From: Chloroflexota bacterium
GTDB lineage: Bacteria; Chloroflexota; Dehalococcoidia; CAUJGQ01
Direction: 5' to 3'
Length of the DNA: 64,000 nucleotides
NCBI GenBank assembly: GCA_963170165.1
Contig: CAUJGQ010000138.1
Location: forward strand, 95,690 to 159,689
Shown here: positions 55,592 to 64,000 of the stretch, piece after piece
Numbering within the stretch: position 1 is the stretch's first letter
Layout: the number at the start of each line of letters is the position of its first letter
Position numbers and translations under genes: made by a program
Notes under the pieces: model-generated
What the model saw: the letters and a program-made list of their open reading frames with translations, nothing else
Told to the model about the DNA's origin: nothing
Databases searched by the model: none

Positions 55592-56143
55592 GTGCGGCTG
55601 GCGGTTGGTGATCCGGCGCCGGAGATCGCGGCGGGCAGCGTCAACGGAACGGTGCGACTGGCGGACCTCTGGCAGGTACGGCCACTGGTGGTGGCGTTTC
55701 TACGTCACCTTGGCTGACCGTTCTGCCGGGAGTACCTGGCAGCGCTGCGGGACAGCGCACCGGCAATCGAGGCGGTGGGGGGACAGATAGCCGCCATCAC
55801 CATGGGCGATCCGCGCCAGGCGCAGGCGCTATGCCAGCGCCTGGCGGCGCCTTTCCCCTGCCTGGCCGACCCCGAGCGGGCGGCCTATCGCGACTTCGGG
55901 CTGCGCCGCGGCACGATGATGGAGGTCGCGGGCCCCGCAAACTGGCGGCGCGGCCTGGCAGCGATGGCGAAGGGCCACCTGATCGAGCGCACCACCGGCG
56001 ACCCGATGCAGCTTTCCGGCACCTTCATCATCGCCATCGATGGCCGGGTGCGCTACGCCCGCTACGGCCGCCACGCCGCTGATCATCCTCAGCCGTCTGA
56101 ACTGATTGCCGCGTTGCGCTCGCTTACCGAACCATCCGCCTGA
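55592..56143 (+). CDS. AhpC/TSA (redoxin, PRXL2/SelU-like) thioredoxin-fold protein with in-frame TGA at the CxxC position: candidate selenoprotein (U-P-F-C)
   Basis: GTG 55592 after AGGCGG. N-terminus MRLAVGDPAPEIAAGSVNGTVRLADLWQVRPLVVAFLRHLG-[TGA 55715-55717]-PFCREYLAALRD fits the redoxin pattern exactly with TGA in place of the first Cys. In-frame continuation into track ORF 55775..56143. Upstream in-frame stop at 55556. Confidence 0.6.
55723..55758 (+). other. Candidate bacterial SECIS-like stem-loops immediately 3' of the in-frame UGA
   Basis: Hairpin CTGCCGGG-AGTA-CCTGGCAG (55723-55742; 8 bp, one G-U; loop contains GU) starting 6 nt after the UGA. Adjacent 6-bp hairpin GCGCTG-CGGGA-CAGCGC (55742-55758). 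Confidence 0.4.
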
Positions 56144-56327
56144 CCCGTCTCAACCGGCCCCTGTTGGAGAGCGCGGAGCGAATGAGCCGGGCCCTTTCCC
56201 CGCTCTCCGATTGCCGTAAGGAACCGCCGGGCGGGCGGGGGGCGCGTGCTACACTCGCGACGCCGCGCCCGCCCTACCCCTTCCAGGGCGCGGACACCCG
56301 CCCGCCCGCCGGGGGTTTACCACGCCT

Positions 56328-58721
<2,394 letters not shown>

Positions 58722-58794
58722 CACAGGTGACGGTGTACGGTGATGGTGGCGCCGGCCCGGCATCCACGGCTGCAAAACATGGTGCGCACCGGCC

Positions 58795-59298
58795 ATGAAC
58801 TGGCTTGACTTCCTGATCATCGGTCTCATCGGTTGGTTCGCCTTCTCCGGGCTGTCGGCGGGCATTCTGCGTGAGTCGGTCACGTTGATCGCCGCCGTGG
58901 CCGGTGTGGTACTGGCCGGGCTGCTGTACAAGCCGCTCGCCGAAGACCTCAGCATCATCACCGATAGCGTTACCACCGCCCGCATTGCTGCCTTCGCCGC
59001 GATCTTCTTCGCCGTGTTTCTGGCCGGCCAGATTGCCGCAACGCTGCTCAAGCACACCGCTTCGCTGCTGATGCTGGGGCCGCTGGACCACTCGGCCGGG
59101 CTGCTGTTCGGCATCGGCAAGGGTGTGGTCGTCATCGAGGCGGCACTGATGCTGTTTGCGCAGTACCGCGTGCAACGCATCACCGAGGCAATGGATAGCT
59201 CGCTACTCACGCCGCTGTTTCTGGAAGGTATCCCGATTGTGCTGCGCCTGCTACCGGGCGAGTTCCGCCAGGCCGTCGAACGATTCCCCAACCTCTGA
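58795..59298 (+). CDS. CvpA-family membrane protein
   Basis: 167 aa; [19 protein letters not shown] and [12 protein letters not shown] are typical of CvpA. Confidence 0.75.
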   Translation: MNWLDFLIIGLIGWFAFSGLSAGILRESVTLIAAVAGVVLAGLLYKPLAEDLSIITDSVTTARIAAFAAIFFAVFLAGQIAATLLKHTASLLMLGPLDHSAGLLFGIGKGVVVIEAALMLFAQYRVQRITEAMDSSLLTPLFLEGIPIVLRLLPGEFRQAVERFPNL

Positions 59299-59324
59299 CG
59301 CCACCCCACCCCTGTTGAGCGCCG

Positions 59325-63511
<4,187 letters not shown>

Positions 63512-63515
<4 letters not shown>

Positions 63516-64000
63516 GCACCCAACCACTGAACGACGCCCGCATCCTGATCGTCGACGATCAAGCCGGCAATGTCCGCCTGCTCGAACGCATGCTGCATGA
63601 AGCCGGCTACCGCAACCTGGTGAGCACCACCGACCCGCGCGACGTCGCAGACCTGTTCACTGCCTTCCAGCCCGACCTGGTGCTGCTCGATCTGCGCATG
63701 CCGTACATCGATGGGTTCGGCGTCATGGCGCTGCTGGCCACGATGGTCCCAGAGGGTGGTTTCTTGCCGATTCTGGTGCTCACCGCCGACATCACACCGG
63801 AGACGCGCCGGCGGGCGCTGGCTTCCGGGGCGTATGACTTCATCACCAAGCCGTTTGACCCGGTGGAGGTGCAACTGCGCATCTCCAACCTGCTGCACAC
63901 GCGGTCACTGCATGTCCGGCTGGAACAACATAACGCCGTGCTGGAGCATCGGGTACGCGAGCGCACCCACCAGCTGGAGGAAGCCCGCATCGAGACACTG
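63512..64000 (+). CDS. Response regulator (REC domain), 3'-truncated at window edge
   Basis: Own translation: MSTQPLNDARILIVDDQAGNVRLLERML...DLVLLDLRMPYIDG...DFITKP. ATG overlaps the upstream HK stop (ATGA). Not in the ORF track because there is no stop in the window. Confidence 0.8.

Noticed and set aside
55545-55790. 81-aa plus ORF MADAEGTRVNATGG...
   Set aside because: Different frame from the redoxin gene. Arg/Trp-rich with no motifs. The region is explained by the UGA-containing redoxin reading frame instead.

Overview
This is a 64-kb high-GC (about 70% GC, strong GC3 bias) bacterial chromosomal segment, densely coding on both strands (about 50 CDS). I could not support any rRNA, tRNA, CRISPR array, transposase or integrase. 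Taxon cannot be resolved from sequence alone. The gene content (Rv1747-like FHA-FHA-ABC transporter, DinB/MDMPI-like protein, penicillin acylase, PQQ sugar dehydrogenase with FN3 tails, SdpI-like protein) fits a Chloroflexota/Thermomicrobia-like or Actinomycetota genome. Housekeeping genes include acnA, ppa, lon, Sua5/TsaC, SUI1/YciH, PolX and CvpA. There is an envelope glycan-modification cluster (DegT aminotransferase, SDR, GT2 fused to a polytopic membrane domain, NodB deacetylase) that I read as Arn-like. Signalling genes include an S8 protease/secreted protein/Ser-Thr kinase operon, two large PAS/GAF histidine kinases plus a response regulator, and the FHA-ABC transporter. Two giant secreted enzymes (a PQQ sugar dehydrogenase and a metzincin-like protease) share C-terminal Cys-containing FN3 repeats and Pro-rich tails. 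Four loci stand out. (i) 3373-4609 is a compact graspetide (microviridin/marinostatin-like) RiPP cassette: a 69-aa precursor with a PFFARFL-like leader motif and two tandem TTLMYPSD cores, an attenuator hairpin, and a single ATP-grasp ligase. (ii) 55592-56143 is an AhpC/TSA-family thioredoxin-fold gene whose CxxC site is encoded as TGA-P-F-C, with a hairpin directly downstream; it is a candidate UxxC selenoprotein that the ORF track splits in two. (iii) 34775-36431 holds a Gly/Asn-rich, internally repeated 64-aa peptide with its own terminator, upstream of a geranylgeranyl-reductase-family flavoprotein. (iv) At the left edge, a NapH-like polyferredoxin :: 2Fe-2S :: NirB/HcnB-like oxidoreductase fusion sits next to a standalone cNMP-binding protein. 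The supplied ORF track omits edge-truncated genes (the left-edge minus-strand redox gene and the right-edge response regulator). It also contains many long antisense artefact ORFs typical of high-GC DNA. All function calls are from motif reading; no database search was run.
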